DNA of 38,344 nt from Dehalococcoides mccartyi (GTDB lineage: Bacteria > Chloroflexota > Dehalococcoidia > UBA2979), in contig CAMDAY010000002.1 in NCBI GenBank assembly GCA_945888895.1, positions 1 to 38,344 on the forward strand, written 5' to 3'. How positions within the stretch are numbered: the stretch's first letter is position 1; each line of letters opens with the position of its first letter. The position numbers and the translations under genes are program-made. This document shows positions 19,241-28,095 of this stretch, in pieces. Under the pieces are notes generated by a model. It was not told the DNA's origin. It ran no database searches and saw nothing but the letters and a program-made list of their open reading frames with translations.

Positions 19241-21745
19241 GTGACCACGACTGGTGCGCAGACGCGCACGTTTACCACGGAGATCGAGGGCAAGACCCTC
19301 GAGATCGGCCTCGGCCGGCTCGCCCAGAGCGCAGCCGCCTCCTGCACCATCCGCTACGGCGACACGGTGCTCCTGATGACCGTGTGCGAGGGTGACCCCC
19401 GCCCCGGCCTCGACTTCTTCCCGCTGACCGTCGACTACGAAGAGCGCATGTACGCCATCGGCAAGGTGCCGGGCTCGTTCTTCCGCCGCGAGGGTCGCCC
19501 CGGCACGGACGCGACGCTCACCGCGCGCATGACCGACCGCCCGATCCGCCCGCTCTTCCCGAAGGGCTTCAAGCGCGAGGTGGAGATCGCCGCGCTGCTG
19601 ATCGCCTCTGACCGCGAGAACCCCGCTGACCCGCTGGCGACGACCGCCGCGTCGGTCTGCCTGAACATCTCGAAGCTGCCGTTCGAGGGCCCGGTGTCCA
19701 CCGTCCGTGTCGGCCGCGTCGACGGCAAGTTCAAGGCGTTCCCCACCTACGCCGAGCTGAAGGAATCCGACCTAGAGCTGACGGTCGCCGCGACCGAGGA
19801 CTCGATCGTCATGATCGAGGCCGGCGCGAACCAGATGCCCGAGGCCGAGCTCATCGAGGCCATCGAGTACGCGGAGAAGATCTGCCAGCAGCTGAACAGG
19901 CTGCAGCGGGAGATCATCCCGGAGTTCCAGCAGCCGAAGATGGAGTGGACGAAGCCCGAGGTCGACCACACCCTCGAGGATCGCATCAGTCAGCACCTCT
20001 CGGCCCGTGGCCAGGAGATGCTGGACGCCGTGCAGGGCGAGGGCTTCCGCGGCATCGACGACATGGGCAAGCGCGTCTACTCGGAGCTCGTCGTGAACGA
20101 GCCCGGCATCGACGAGAAGGCCGTGCGCGCGGCGACCGAGGTCGTCCTGAAGGCGCACGTGCGCGCTCGCGTCCTGAACGACGATGTCCGCGCCGACGGC
20201 CGCAACTCCACGCAGATCCGCCAGATCACCGCTGACGTCGGCGTCCTGCCGCGCGTCCACGGCTCCGGCCTCTTCCAGCGCGGCCAGACGCAGGTCCTGT
20301 CCGTCGCCACCCTGGGTGCGATTCGTGATCGAGCGAAGCTCGACAACATCGACCCGCAGGAGTGGAAGATGTACATGCACCACTACAACTTCCCGGCCTT
20401 CTCGGTCGGTGAGGCGCGCGGTCTGCGTGGTCCCGGCCGTCGCGAGATCGGTCACGGCATGCTCGCCGAGAAGGCGATCCTCCCCGTGCTGCCGAAGTTC
20501 GAGGACTTCCCCTACACGCTGCGCGTCGTCTCCGACGTGCTGCAGTCGAACGGGTCCACCTCGCAGGGTGCGGTCTGCGGCTCGACGCTCGCGCTGATGG
20601 ACGCCGGTGTGCCGATCAAGGCCCCCGTCGCCGGCATCGCGATGGGCCTCGTCACCTCTGACGAGAACGCCACGTCGTACAAGATCCTCACCGACATCGC
20701 GGGCATCGAGGACGCGTTTGGCGACATGGACTTCAAGGTGGCGGGCACGGAGACCGGCGTCACCGCCGTCCAGCTCGACATCAAGTTGAAGAAGCTGCCC
20801 CCGGACTTCCTGGTCCAGGTCTTCTCCCGCGCCCGCGAGGCGCGCATGCACATCATGGGCGTCATGCTCGAGGCGCTCCCCGCGCCGCGCGAGGAAGTCG
20901 GCGAGTTCGCGCCGAAGATCACCTCGATCAAGATCGACCCGAGCAAGATCGGTGCGGTCATCGGACCGGGCGGCCGCGTGATCAACGCGATCATCGCCGC
21001 GACCGGCGCCTCCATCGACGTCGAGGAAGACGGCTCGATCTTCGTCGGTGGCTCCAACGCCGAGGGCGTGAAGCAGGCCATCCGCCAGATCCAGGGCCTG
21101 ACCAAGGAGATCCTCCCCGGCGAGGTCTTCGAGGGCAGCGTCTCGCGCATCATGTCCTTCGGCGCGTTCGTCGAGATCCTGCCCGGCAAGGACGGCATGG
21201 TCCACATCTCCGAGCTGGCCGAGGGCCGCGTGGAGCGTGTTGAGGATGTCGTGAACGTCGGCGACCGCGTCAAGGTGAAGGTGATCGAGGTGGACAACCT
21301 CGGCCGCATCAACCTGTCGATGCGGGACGTGGACAACGAGGGCAGCGTTGGCATGAGCGACGACGACGCCGCTCGTGGTGACGACCGCCCGCGCAGCGGC
21401 GGCGGCGACCGTGGTGGTCGCGGCGGTTTCGGCGGCGGCGGTGGTGGTGGCGACCGTGGCCCGCGCGGCGGCGGCGGTGGTGACCGCGGCCCGCGTCCGG
21501 GTGGCGGCGGTGGCCGCCCCGGCTTCGGCGGCGGTGACCGTGGTGGCGACCGAGGCGGCCCGCCCCGTGGCGGTGGTAACGGCGGCGGCGACCGTGGGCC
21601 TCGCCCCGGTGGCGCCTTCGACCGCAACGACGGCCCCCCGGCGCGTAACGATGCCCCTCGCGAAGACCGTCCTCCTCGTGAGGATCGTCCCGCGGGCGGC
21701 GGTGGCGACCGGCCGGCCGGTGGCGGCGGTGGGCGTCGCTGGTAG
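19241..21745 (+). CDS. pnp: Polyribonucleotide nucleotidyltransferase (PNPase) with a C-terminal Arg/Gly-rich extension
   Basis: 834 aa, GTG start. Two RNase PH domains ([25 protein letters not shown]; [14 protein letters not shown]; [21 protein letters not shown]), a KH domain ([15 protein letters not shown]) and an S1 domain ([33 protein letters not shown]). A tail of about 135 aa of [15 protein letters not shown] type follows. Confidence 0.95.
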   Translation: MTTTGAQTRTFTTEIEGKTLEIGLGRLAQSAAASCTIRYGDTVLLMTVCEGDPRPGLDFFPLTVDYEERMYAIGKVPGSFFRREGRPGTDATLTARMTDRPIRPLFPKGFKREVEIAALLIASDRENPADPLATTAASVCLNISKLPFEGPVSTVRVGRVDGKFKAFPTYAELKESDLELTVAATEDSIVMIEAGANQMPEAELIEAIEYAEKICQQLNRLQREIIPEFQQPKMEWTKPEVDHTLEDRISQHLSARGQEMLDAVQGEGFRGIDDMGKRVYSELVVNEPGIDEKAVRAATEVVLKAHVRARVLNDDVRADGRNSTQIRQITADVGVLPRVHGSGLFQRGQTQVLSVATLGAIRDRAKLDNIDPQEWKMYMHHYNFPAFSVGEARGLRGPGRREIGHGMLAEKAILPVLPKFEDFPYTLRVVSDVLQSNGSTSQGAVCGSTLALMDAGVPIKAPVAGIAMGLVTSDENATSYKILTDIAGIEDAFGDMDFKVAGTETGVTAVQLDIKLKKLPPDFLVQVFSRAREARMHIMGVMLEALPAPREEVGEFAPKITSIKIDPSKIGAVIGPGGRVINAIIAATGASIDVEEDGSIFVGGSNAEGVKQAIRQIQGLTKEILPGEVFEGSVSRIMSFGAFVEILPGKDGMVHISELAEGRVERVEDVVNVGDRVKVKVIEVDNLGRINLSMRDVDNEGSVGMSDDDAARGDDRPRSGGGDRGGRGGFGGGGGGGDRGPRGGGGGDRGPRPGGGGGRPGFGGGDRGGDRGGPPRGGGNGGGDRGPRPGGAFDRNDGPPARNDAPREDRPPREDRPAGGGGDRPAGGGGGRRW

Positions 21746-21772
21746 CCCGGCGCGCGTAAGCGAAACTCGAGG

Positions 21773-21802
21773 AGCCCGGCAGCAATGCCGGGCTTCTTGT
21801 TG
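21773..21802 (+). terminator. Intrinsic terminator after pnp
   Basis: Perfect 8-bp stem AGCCCGGC / GCCGGGCT with loop agcaat, followed by tcttgttg. Confidence 0.75.
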
Positions 21803-21849
21803 CCCTCGCGCCGGGCTGCGGGGAAGAGAACGGGCGTGAGCCTCGATGT

Positions 21850-22188
21850 GGCGAGTGGTGTCGAGGTGCGAAGTAGGGCGGCCCATCCCCCTGCCCCCTT
21901 CCCTGCGCGGGAAGGGGGATGAATGGCGAGGGCTCGCCCTCGCTCTCCCCCGGGACCGAGGGTGCTTCGCACCTCGGCGGAGTGCCCCACTCTGTCATCT
22001 CCGCTCGGCGTTTCTGTGCTGGGGTGCGAATCCCTCGCGCCAACGCGGCGCAGCACATCAAGCTCCGCCGGGAGTGTGAGGGGCGCAGCTCCTCACAGTT
22101 GGTTCCTCTCCCTTCCTACTCCCCTTCCCGCGCAGGGAAGGGGCAGGGGATGGGCCGCCCCACGCTGCTACCTCGACGACACTCGCCG
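21850..22188. mobile_element. MITE-like composite repeat, copy 2 (about 340 bp)
   Basis: Left TIR GGCGAGTGGTGTCGAGGTGCGAAGTAGGGCGGCCCATCCCCCTGCCCCCTTCCCTGCGCGGGAAGGGGG (21850-21919). The right TIR (22121-22187) reverse-complements to CGAGTGTCGTCGAGGTAGCAGCGTGGGGCGGCCCATCCCCTGCCCCTTCCCTGCGCGGGAAGGGG. Same internal modules as copies 1, 3 and 4. Confidence 0.85.
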
Positions 22189-22285
22189 CCGAAGATGCCC
22201 GCGCCCCGTCCCCTCCTCGCGCGCCCCGAACCGCACGAGGCGGCTAGACTGCGGTTCGACACCAGTGCAGCGATGGGGGACGCCG

Positions 22286-23077
22286 ATGATCCGCGTGGCG
22301 ATCTGCGGGACCGGGACGATGGGCAGGCTCGTCCTCGACACGATCGAGGCACAGCAGGACCTGCAGGCGGTCGGCTTCGTCGAGCCGCTCGCGCAGGGCG
22401 ACGACAAGGTGCAGTCCGGCGAGAAGATCTACCCCGTCTACCAGGACCCCGGCACGCTCTTCGAGAAGACCCACCCCGACGTCGTCGTCGACTTCACGAA
22501 CGCGCAGTTCACACCGACGCTCGTCGAGGCCGCGCTCGCGCACGGCGTGCGTCCCGTCATCGGCACCTCGGGTGTCGCCGTCGAGACGATCGACCGCCTG
22601 CGCGCCGGCTGCGTCGAGGCGTCCCTGGGCGCGGTGTACGCCGCGAACTTCGCGATCGGCGCCGTGCTCCAGATGTACATGGCCGCGCTCGCCTCGAGGT
22701 TCTTCGACAGCGCGGAGATCATCGAGCTGCACCACGACCGCAAGGTGGACTCGCCCAGCGGCACCGCGCTCACCACCGCGCGCCTGATGCGCGCCGCCCG
22801 CGACGAGGACTTCACGATGAATGTCCCGGCGCTCGAGCACCTCCCGCACGCGCGGGGCGGTGACCTCGGTGGCATCCCGATCCACTCCGTGCGGCTGCCC
22901 GGCTTCGTCGCGTCGCAGGAGGTGATCTTCGGCGGCTTCGGTCAGACGCTGACGCTGCGCCACGACACCACCGGCCGCGAGGCGTTCATGCCCGGCGTGG
23001 TGATCGCGGTCCACGAGGTGATGAACCGCACCGCCCTCGTCGAGGGCCTCGACCAGCTCGTGGGCCTCGGCAAGTAG
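22286..23077 (+). CDS. dapB: 4-hydroxy-tetrahydrodipicolinate reductase
   Basis: MIRVAICGTGTMGR (NAD(P)-binding loop), VVVDFTN, IIELHHDRKVDSPSGTA (the E(L/A)HHxxKxDAPSGTA signature). Start ATG 22286 follows GGGGGA. Confidence 0.9.
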   Translation: MIRVAICGTGTMGRLVLDTIEAQQDLQAVGFVEPLAQGDDKVQSGEKIYPVYQDPGTLFEKTHPDVVVDFTNAQFTPTLVEAALAHGVRPVIGTSGVAVETIDRLRAGCVEASLGAVYAANFAIGAVLQMYMAALASRFFDSAEIIELHHDRKVDSPSGTALTTARLMRAARDEDFTMNVPALEHLPHARGGDLGGIPIHSVRLPGFVASQEVIFGGFGQTLTLRHDTTGREAFMPGVVIAVHEVMNRTALVEGLDQLVGLGK

Positions 23078-23087
23078 TCGCCTGACC

Positions 23088-23125
23088 CCCTCTCCCGGTT
23101 TCGGGAGAGGGATGGGGTGAGGGCC
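23088..23125 (+). repeat. Family-B hairpin repeat directly after dapB (may act as terminator)
   Basis: Perfect 10-bp stem CCCTCTCCCG-gttt-CGGGAGAGGG (23088-23111) followed by ATGGGGTGAGGGCC. Same architecture as 5261-5299. Confidence 0.7.
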
Positions 23126-23168
23126 CGTTCCCCTTCCGTCCGCTGAGATCGATCGCTGAGGAGCACCC

Positions 23169-23453
23169 ATGTCGATGCAGTCGTTCGGCCTGATCGACAT
23201 GCAGCTCCGGCTCGACCCGGACGCGCACATCCTCTACGTCGTCGTCGGCCACAGCGGCAACATGGCGCTGGAGACGCGCGACCTCGACGAGCGCCGCGCC
23301 GTGGACTACGACCTCGCGGGCGACATCGTCGGCATCGAGTTCCGCGACATCGACGAGGGCGTCGACCTCGATGGCGTCCCGCACGCCTCGAGGCTGGCGC
23401 GCGCGCTGCAGATCATGGGCGCCGTGCAGTACGAGTGGAGCGAGGGGAAGTAG
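23169..23453 (+). CDS. DUF2283-family small protein (putative antitoxin-like partner)
   Basis: 94 aa. GAGGAG sits 5 nt upstream of the ATG. LRLDPDAHILYVVV...RAVDYDLAGDIVGIEFRDID matches the DUF2283 pattern (YD.e.D.lyi ... D.d..G.ivGIE). Host-like high GC. Confidence 0.7.
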   Translation: MSMQSFGLIDMQLRLDPDAHILYVVVGHSGNMALETRDLDERRAVDYDLAGDIVGIEFRDIDEGVDLDGVPHASRLARALQIMGAVQYEWSEGK

Positions 23454-24308
23454 ATGGTCTCAGCACCGAGGCCACATCTGCCGCTGGATCGTCCAATCTC
23501 GGACGACGAACTTTCTGCGCTCCTGGGATGGGTGCTTCTCTATCCATCGTTCAATCCAACGCAGGATTGGCTTTCGCTCGGGGAATTCGTTGTGAACGCG
23601 ACCTTCAACGATGAACGCGAGGAGGCGCCATTCAGAAAGGCCAATGACCCGGCGCAACTGCAGAAGCGGGTAAACGAACGCTGTTGGGAATGGGTTCGCC
23701 TCGGGCTGATTGTTCCTGATGGCGATGCGAACAGATTCACCCTCACTGAGCGCGGGCGCTCCGTCCTCTCCGGCGCAGTTGATGAATCGCTGCTGCTTGC
23801 ACCGGGCGGCTTGCATGCGCGTCTCGGTTCGATTCCTGCGGTGCTACCGGCCAGCCTACTGTTCTTTGCGGAAGAGGCGCAGCGCTCGTACCATGCCGGC
23901 CTCTATCAGGCGTCGGCGGTCATGATCGGTGTGGCCAGCGAAGCAGTACTCGTGGATCTCGCGGCGGGACTAGAGGCTCGTCGCCAACTCTTCAACCTAC
24001 CGCGGCTAGGGAAGGGTGTTGGAGCTCGTCAGATGATGGACTGGATATCGGAAGGATTGAGGCAGCGCCGCGACCAGATTCGGGCCAGCCTTACTTCGGT
24101 GGGCGGTACGACTCGGTGGCTCGATGACCTTCCCCAATTACTCGGAGAGGCGAACGCTATCCGGCTGCTGCGCAACGACGCTGGGCATCCGAATGAAGTC
24201 CGGGTGAATCGGGAGGAAGCCGGGATGCTTCTCTTGCTGTTCCCCAGATTTGCGGAGGCGGCCATCGTCACTACGGGTGCCCTGAGTCTGTTGCCACCAA
24301 ACTCGTAG
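23454..24308 (+). CDS. Hypothetical protein: putative N-terminal winged-helix plus C-terminal HEPN/DUF4145-like domain (Rx4H motif)
   Basis: 284 aa. The ATG immediately follows the TAG of the upstream gene (tagATG). GC and GC3 are clearly lower than in all neighbours, with many gat/ttt/att/aat codons. The C-terminal helical region is FFAEEAQRSYHAGLYQASAVMIGVASEAVLVDL...ANAIRLLRNDAGHPNEVRVNREEAGMLLLLF. R240-N-D-A-G-H245 (nt 24171-24188) fits the HEPN Rx4-6H signature and the DUF4145 lR..gN.aaH motif. N-terminal WEWVRLGLIVPDGDANRFTLTERGRSVL resembles a wHTH wing. Confidence 0.6.
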   Translation: MVSAPRPHLPLDRPISDDELSALLGWVLLYPSFNPTQDWLSLGEFVVNATFNDEREEAPFRKANDPAQLQKRVNERCWEWVRLGLIVPDGDANRFTLTERGRSVLSGAVDESLLLAPGGLHARLGSIPAVLPASLLFFAEEAQRSYHAGLYQASAVMIGVASEAVLVDLAAGLEARRQLFNLPRLGKGVGARQMMDWISEGLRQRRDQIRASLTSVGGTTRWLDDLPQLLGEANAIRLLRNDAGHPNEVRVNREEAGMLLLLFPRFAEAAIVTTGALSLLPPNS

Positions 24309-24449
24309 TTCCTCGCCCCTTCCTTCCCCCTCCGGTATCCTGCACACACGTCGCTCGCGGTGGGTGACGACCCCCGGCGCTGCCCCGCCCCATCAAGGGC
24401 CTCGATCCGTTCGAGGGCGCGCGCACCAGTCCGTGGTAGGGAGCCGATC

Positions 24450-25475
24450 GTGGAGCCAGTTGTTGCTGTCATCGGGGCGACCGGTGCCGTGGGGGATGTC
24501 TTCCTCCGCGTCGCCGAGCAGCGCGAGTTCCCGATGAAGCAGCTGAAGCTCCTCGCGAGCCCCCGCTCCGTCGGCAAGCAGCTCACGTTCCGCGGCCAGC
24601 AGATCACCGTCGAGGACACCACCGAGCGCACGCTCGAGCGCGCCGACATCATCTTCTGCTCCGCCTCGAGCGCCGTGTCGAAGCAGTGGGGCCCCTGGGC
24701 GCGCGCGCACAACGCCGTGATGATCGACGACGGCTCCGCGTACCGCATGGACGCGGACGTGCCGCTGGTCGTGCCGGAGGTCAACGGCGACGACCTCGAA
24801 TGGCACAAGGGCATTGTCTCGATCCCCAACTGCACCACCACGCCGCTCGCGATGGCGCTCAACGCGATGCGCCAGGTCGCGCCGCTGAAGCGCGTCACGG
24901 CAGCCTCGTACCAGGCGGTCACCGGCACTGGCGCCGCGGCCGCCGCGGAGTTGCAGGCGCAGCTCGAGGCGATCGGGCGGCACGAGCCGATCCCCGCGCC
25001 GGTCGTGTACCCCGTGCAGATCGCGGGCAACGTCCTGCCGCAGGTCGATGACTTCGACGAGGACGACTACACGAAGGAGGAGCTCAAGATGCGCAACGAG
25101 ACGCGCAAGATCCTCCACCTCGACGACCTGCCCTTCGCCGCGACCTGCGTGCGCGTGCCCGTCATGCTCTGCCACTCCGAGGCGGTGCACGTCGAGTTCA
25201 CCGCTGAGGCGCCCATCCCGCGCATCATCGACGCCCTGCGCTCGCAGGCCGGCGTCGAGGTGTCCGCGGACCCGAAGGTCTACATGACGCCGCTCCAGGC
25301 GGCGGGCGACGACACCGTGTACGTCTCGCGCATCCGTCGCGACCCCACGGTGGAGTTCGGCATCGTCTTCTGGGTAGTCACCGACAACCTGCGCAAGGGC
25401 GCGGCGACGAACGCGATCCAGATCGCCGAGGAGATGCTGCGCCGGGGCCTCGTCCCCGGCGTTTCGAAGCCCTAG
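24450..25475 (+). CDS. asd: Aspartate-semialdehyde dehydrogenase
   Basis: GTG 24450 follows AGGGAG. Contains VAVIGATGAVG, the active-site segment IVSIPNCTTTPLAMAL, and SYQAVTGTG. Confidence 0.9.
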   Translation: MEPVVAVIGATGAVGDVFLRVAEQREFPMKQLKLLASPRSVGKQLTFRGQQITVEDTTERTLERADIIFCSASSAVSKQWGPWARAHNAVMIDDGSAYRMDADVPLVVPEVNGDDLEWHKGIVSIPNCTTTPLAMALNAMRQVAPLKRVTAASYQAVTGTGAAAAAELQAQLEAIGRHEPIPAPVVYPVQIAGNVLPQVDDFDEDDYTKEELKMRNETRKILHLDDLPFAATCVRVPVMLCHSEAVHVEFTAEAPIPRIIDALRSQAGVEVSADPKVYMTPLQAAGDDTVYVSRIRRDPTVEFGIVFWVVTDNLRKGAATNAIQIAEEMLRRGLVPGVSKP

Positions 25476-25520
25476 CCCCGTCGAGGTGCTCTTGCCGCGC
25501 GGCGCGGAAGCGGCGTCGCC

Positions 25521-25911
25521 GGCGAGGGTGGTCGAGGCGCTTGAGTGGGGCGACCCATCCCCCTGCCCCCTTCCCTGCGCGGGAAGGGGGATGACTGACG
25601 AGGGCTCCGCCCTCGTGCTCCCCCGGGGATCGAGGGTGCTTCGCACCTCGCGCGGAGTCGCCGGGCCCCCGACAGGGGCGAAGGTTCTGCCGGACACGCC
25701 CCATCCGTGCTCCAAGCCGCGGAGGAGGGCATCCGACACCTGCTCAGTCCCTGCTGGAGCACGAATCTCTCGCACCGCCGCAGCGCAGACTGAGGAGCTC
25801 CGCCGGGAGTGTGAGGGGCGCAGCTCCTCACGGTTGGCTCCTCTTCCTTCTCACCCCTTCCCGCGCAGGGAAGGGGCCGGGGGATGGGCCGCCACCCGGT
25901 TGCACCTCGAC
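25521..25911. mobile_element. MITE-like composite repeat, copy 3 (about 390 bp)
   Basis: Left TIR GGCGAGGGTGGTCGAGGCGCTTGAGTGGGGCGACCCATCCCCCTGCCCCCTTCCCTGCGCGGGAAGGGGG. Right TIR ...CCCCTTCCCGCGCAGGGAAGGGGCCGGGGGATGGGCCGCCACCCGGTTGCACCTCGAC. Internal modules GGTGCTTCGCACCTCG, GCACGAATCTCTCGCACC and CCGCCGGGAGTGTGAGGGGCGCAGCTCCTCAC. An extra GGATGGGCCGCC fragment lies at 25984-25995. Confidence 0.85.
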
Positions 25912-26057
25912 GGCCCCGAGACCAGACGACGCCACACCCGGTTCGCCAGTCCGACGACCCTCGATCACCCGCGCGAGGCCAAGGGATGGGCCGCCCTCCC
26001 TGCCAAACGCTACACTGGCGGCCTGCTGACGCCGCCTGCCCCCCGAGGACACCTGCC

Positions 26058-26990
26058 ATGACTGCACCGCTCGGCCGCCTGCTCACCGCGATGATCACGC
26101 CGATGACCCCCGGCGGGGACATCGACCTCGACGCCACGAAGACGCTCGCGCGGGCGCTCATCGCCTCCGGCACGGACGGCATCGTCTCCACCGGCAGCAC
26201 CGGCGAGGCCGCCACGCTCTCCGAGGAGGAGACCGTCGCCGTCTGGCAGGCGACGAAGGAAGCCGTCGGCGCGGACGTTGCCGTGATCGCCGGCGCGACG
26301 AACAATGACACGCGCAAGTCGATCCGCCTCGCCCGCGAGGCCGAGCGGCTGGGCCTCGACGGCGTGTTGCTCACGGTGCCCGCGTACAGCAAGCCCCCGC
26401 AGGCCGGCCTCATCCGCCACTTCACCGCAATCAGCGAGGCCACCTCGCTGCCCGGCATCCTGTACAACATCCCCGGCCGCGCCGCGCTCAACATGACCAC
26501 GCAGACCGTCGTCACGCTCGCGCAGCAGGTGCCGAACATCGTCGGCATCAAAGAGGCAAGCGGCGACCTCAACCAGATCAGCGCGATCATCAACGCCACG
26601 CAGGGCGTCATGCACCCCGGCACGCCGGAGGGCTTCCGCGTTTGGTCGGGCAACGACAGCGACACGCTCGCAGTCATGGCGCTCGGCGGCTACGGCGTCG
26701 TCAGTGTCGCCAGCCACCTCGTCGGCCGTCAGATCCGCGCGATGATCGACGCCAGCCTCGCGGGCCGCACCGCCGAGGCCGCCGCGATCCACCACAGCCT
26801 GATGCCGCTGATCGACGTGCTGTTCATCGAGAGCAACCCGATCCCCGTGAAGTACGCGGTCGGCCTCGCGGGCATCCCCGCCGGCGACTGCCGCCTCCCG
26901 CTGATCGCCCCCTCGGACGCCGCGCAGACGCTGATCCGCGCCGAGCTCGCCCGCCACGCTATCGACCTCAAGGCCGCCGTGGGGGTGTAG
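26058..26990 (+). CDS. dapA: 4-hydroxy-tetrahydrodipicolinate synthase
   Basis: MTAPLGRLLTAMITPM...GIVSTGSTGEAATLSEEE...YNIPGRAALNM...VGIKEASGD. Canonical DapA motifs including the Schiff-base Lys context (IKEA). Confidence 0.92.
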   Translation: MTAPLGRLLTAMITPMTPGGDIDLDATKTLARALIASGTDGIVSTGSTGEAATLSEEETVAVWQATKEAVGADVAVIAGATNNDTRKSIRLAREAERLGLDGVLLTVPAYSKPPQAGLIRHFTAISEATSLPGILYNIPGRAALNMTTQTVVTLAQQVPNIVGIKEASGDLNQISAIINATQGVMHPGTPEGFRVWSGNDSDTLAVMALGGYGVVSVASHLVGRQIRAMIDASLAGRTAEAAAIHHSLMPLIDVLFIESNPIPVKYAVGLAGIPAGDCRLPLIAPSDAAQTLIRAELARHAIDLKAAVGV

Positions 26991-27025
26991 CCCCGCGCCG
27001 TCGAGGCGCATCGAGGACTCGCTTC

Positions 27026-27544
27026 GTGGAACTCCGCCTCCCCTCCTGCACCATCCGCCCGTGGCGCGCGGGCGACCTCGAGTCGTTGTTGCTGCACGCG
27101 GACAACCCGAGGATCGCGGGGAACCTGCGCGACGTGTTCCCGTCGCCGTACACGCGCGCGGACGGCGAGGCGTGGCTCGCGATGAGCAGCGTCGAGGCGC
27201 GCCCGACCAACTTCGCGATCGAGGTGGACGGCGCGGCGGTCGGCGGCATCGGGCTGCGGCTCGGTGACGACGTGCATCGACGGACGGCCGAGATCGGGTA
27301 CTGGCTCGGCGAGGCGTACTGGGGCCGCGGGATCGTGACGGAGGCGGTCGGCGCGCTCACGCGCTGGGGCATCGAACACTTCGACCTCGTGCGGGTCGAT
27401 GCGCACGTGTTCGCGCCGAACACCGGCGGTGCGCGGGTGCTGGAGAAGAACGGCTACGTGCTCGAAGGACGCCTGCGCAAGCGCGTGGAGAAGCGCGGCG
27501 AGATCCTCGACGCGCTCGTCTACGCCTTCGTCATCGAGGACTGA
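27026..27544 (+). CDS. GNAT family N-acetyltransferase (RimJ/RimL-like)
   Basis: GTG 27026 within track ORF 26642..27544. Contains IRPWRAGDLESLLLHADNP, the acetyl-CoA loop EIGYWLGEAYWGRGIVTEAV, and NTGGARVLEKNGYVLEGRLR. Confidence 0.8.
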   Translation: MELRLPSCTIRPWRAGDLESLLLHADNPRIAGNLRDVFPSPYTRADGEAWLAMSSVEARPTNFAIEVDGAAVGGIGLRLGDDVHRRTAEIGYWLGEAYWGRGIVTEAVGALTRWGIEHFDLVRVDAHVFAPNTGGARVLEKNGYVLEGRLRKRVEKRGEILDALVYAFVIED

Positions 27545-28095
27545 CCGTTCGAAGCATGCGGCTGGTCGCGCTCGACGACCCACTCGTCCCACGCGGCGCG
27601 CGTCTCGGCGCGGGCCTTCTCGAAGCCGATGCGGTCGCCGTAGTACCCGCCGAGGATCGCGGGCAGCACGCGGCTGCCGATGAGCAGGTACACGCCGTAG
27701 AACAACGTCGCCCAGATCAGCCGGTCGCGGAAGAACGGCAGCCACAGCACGATCGCGATCCCCGTGACCGCCGCGATCACGATGCCGAGGTACGCGAAGC
27801 TGTTCACCCACTTCGACTCGATCGCGCGCTGGCGGCGCAGCACCTCGAGCATCTCGCCCGGCACGGCGTCCACGGGAGCGCGGCCCGATCGCCCTTCTGG
27901 ATCGCACGTCTCGCGGCAATGCGGGCACATCTCCGTTTCGCGGCCGATCGGCGTGTAGCAGTTGCCACAGAAGCGCCCGGCGTTCGGCTGGCCGCCGCGA
28001 CTGACCGCGACGATGTGGTCCTCCAGCGACTGGCTGAAGATCGGGCAGCCGTCCTCCGGCCGGAACCGCACGTCGTTCGGATCGTCGAAGCTCAC
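27520..28095 (-). CDS. Zinc-ribbon (CxxC...CxxC) membrane protein, unknown function
   Basis: 191 aa from GTG 28095, which forms a GTGA overlap with the stop of the upstream mug ORF. Contains FCGNCYTPIGRETEMCPHCRE followed by two or three TM helices (FAYLGIVIAAVTGIAIVLWLPFF; LFYGVYLLIGSRVLPAILGG). The start codon is uncertain. The longer track ORF to 28437 overlaps mug and the repeat. Confidence 0.5.
   Translation of the reverse strand: MSFDDPNDVRFRPEDGCPIFSQSLEDHIVAVSRGGQPNAGRFCGNCYTPIGRETEMCPHCRETCDPEGRSGRAPVDAVPGEMLEVLRRQRAIESKWVNSFAYLGIVIAAVTGIAIVLWLPFFRDRLIWATLFYGVYLLIGSRVLPAILGGYYGDRIGFEKARAETRAAWDEWVVERDQPHASNGQSSMTKA

Noticed and set aside
24309-24449. Lysine (L-box) riboswitch or other leader upstream of asd, and likewise upstream of dapA and dapB.
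   Set aside because: I could not recognise the conserved L-box helices or core in these spacers. They are occupied by repeat sequence and short hairpins. A covariance-model scan would be needed to exclude it fully.
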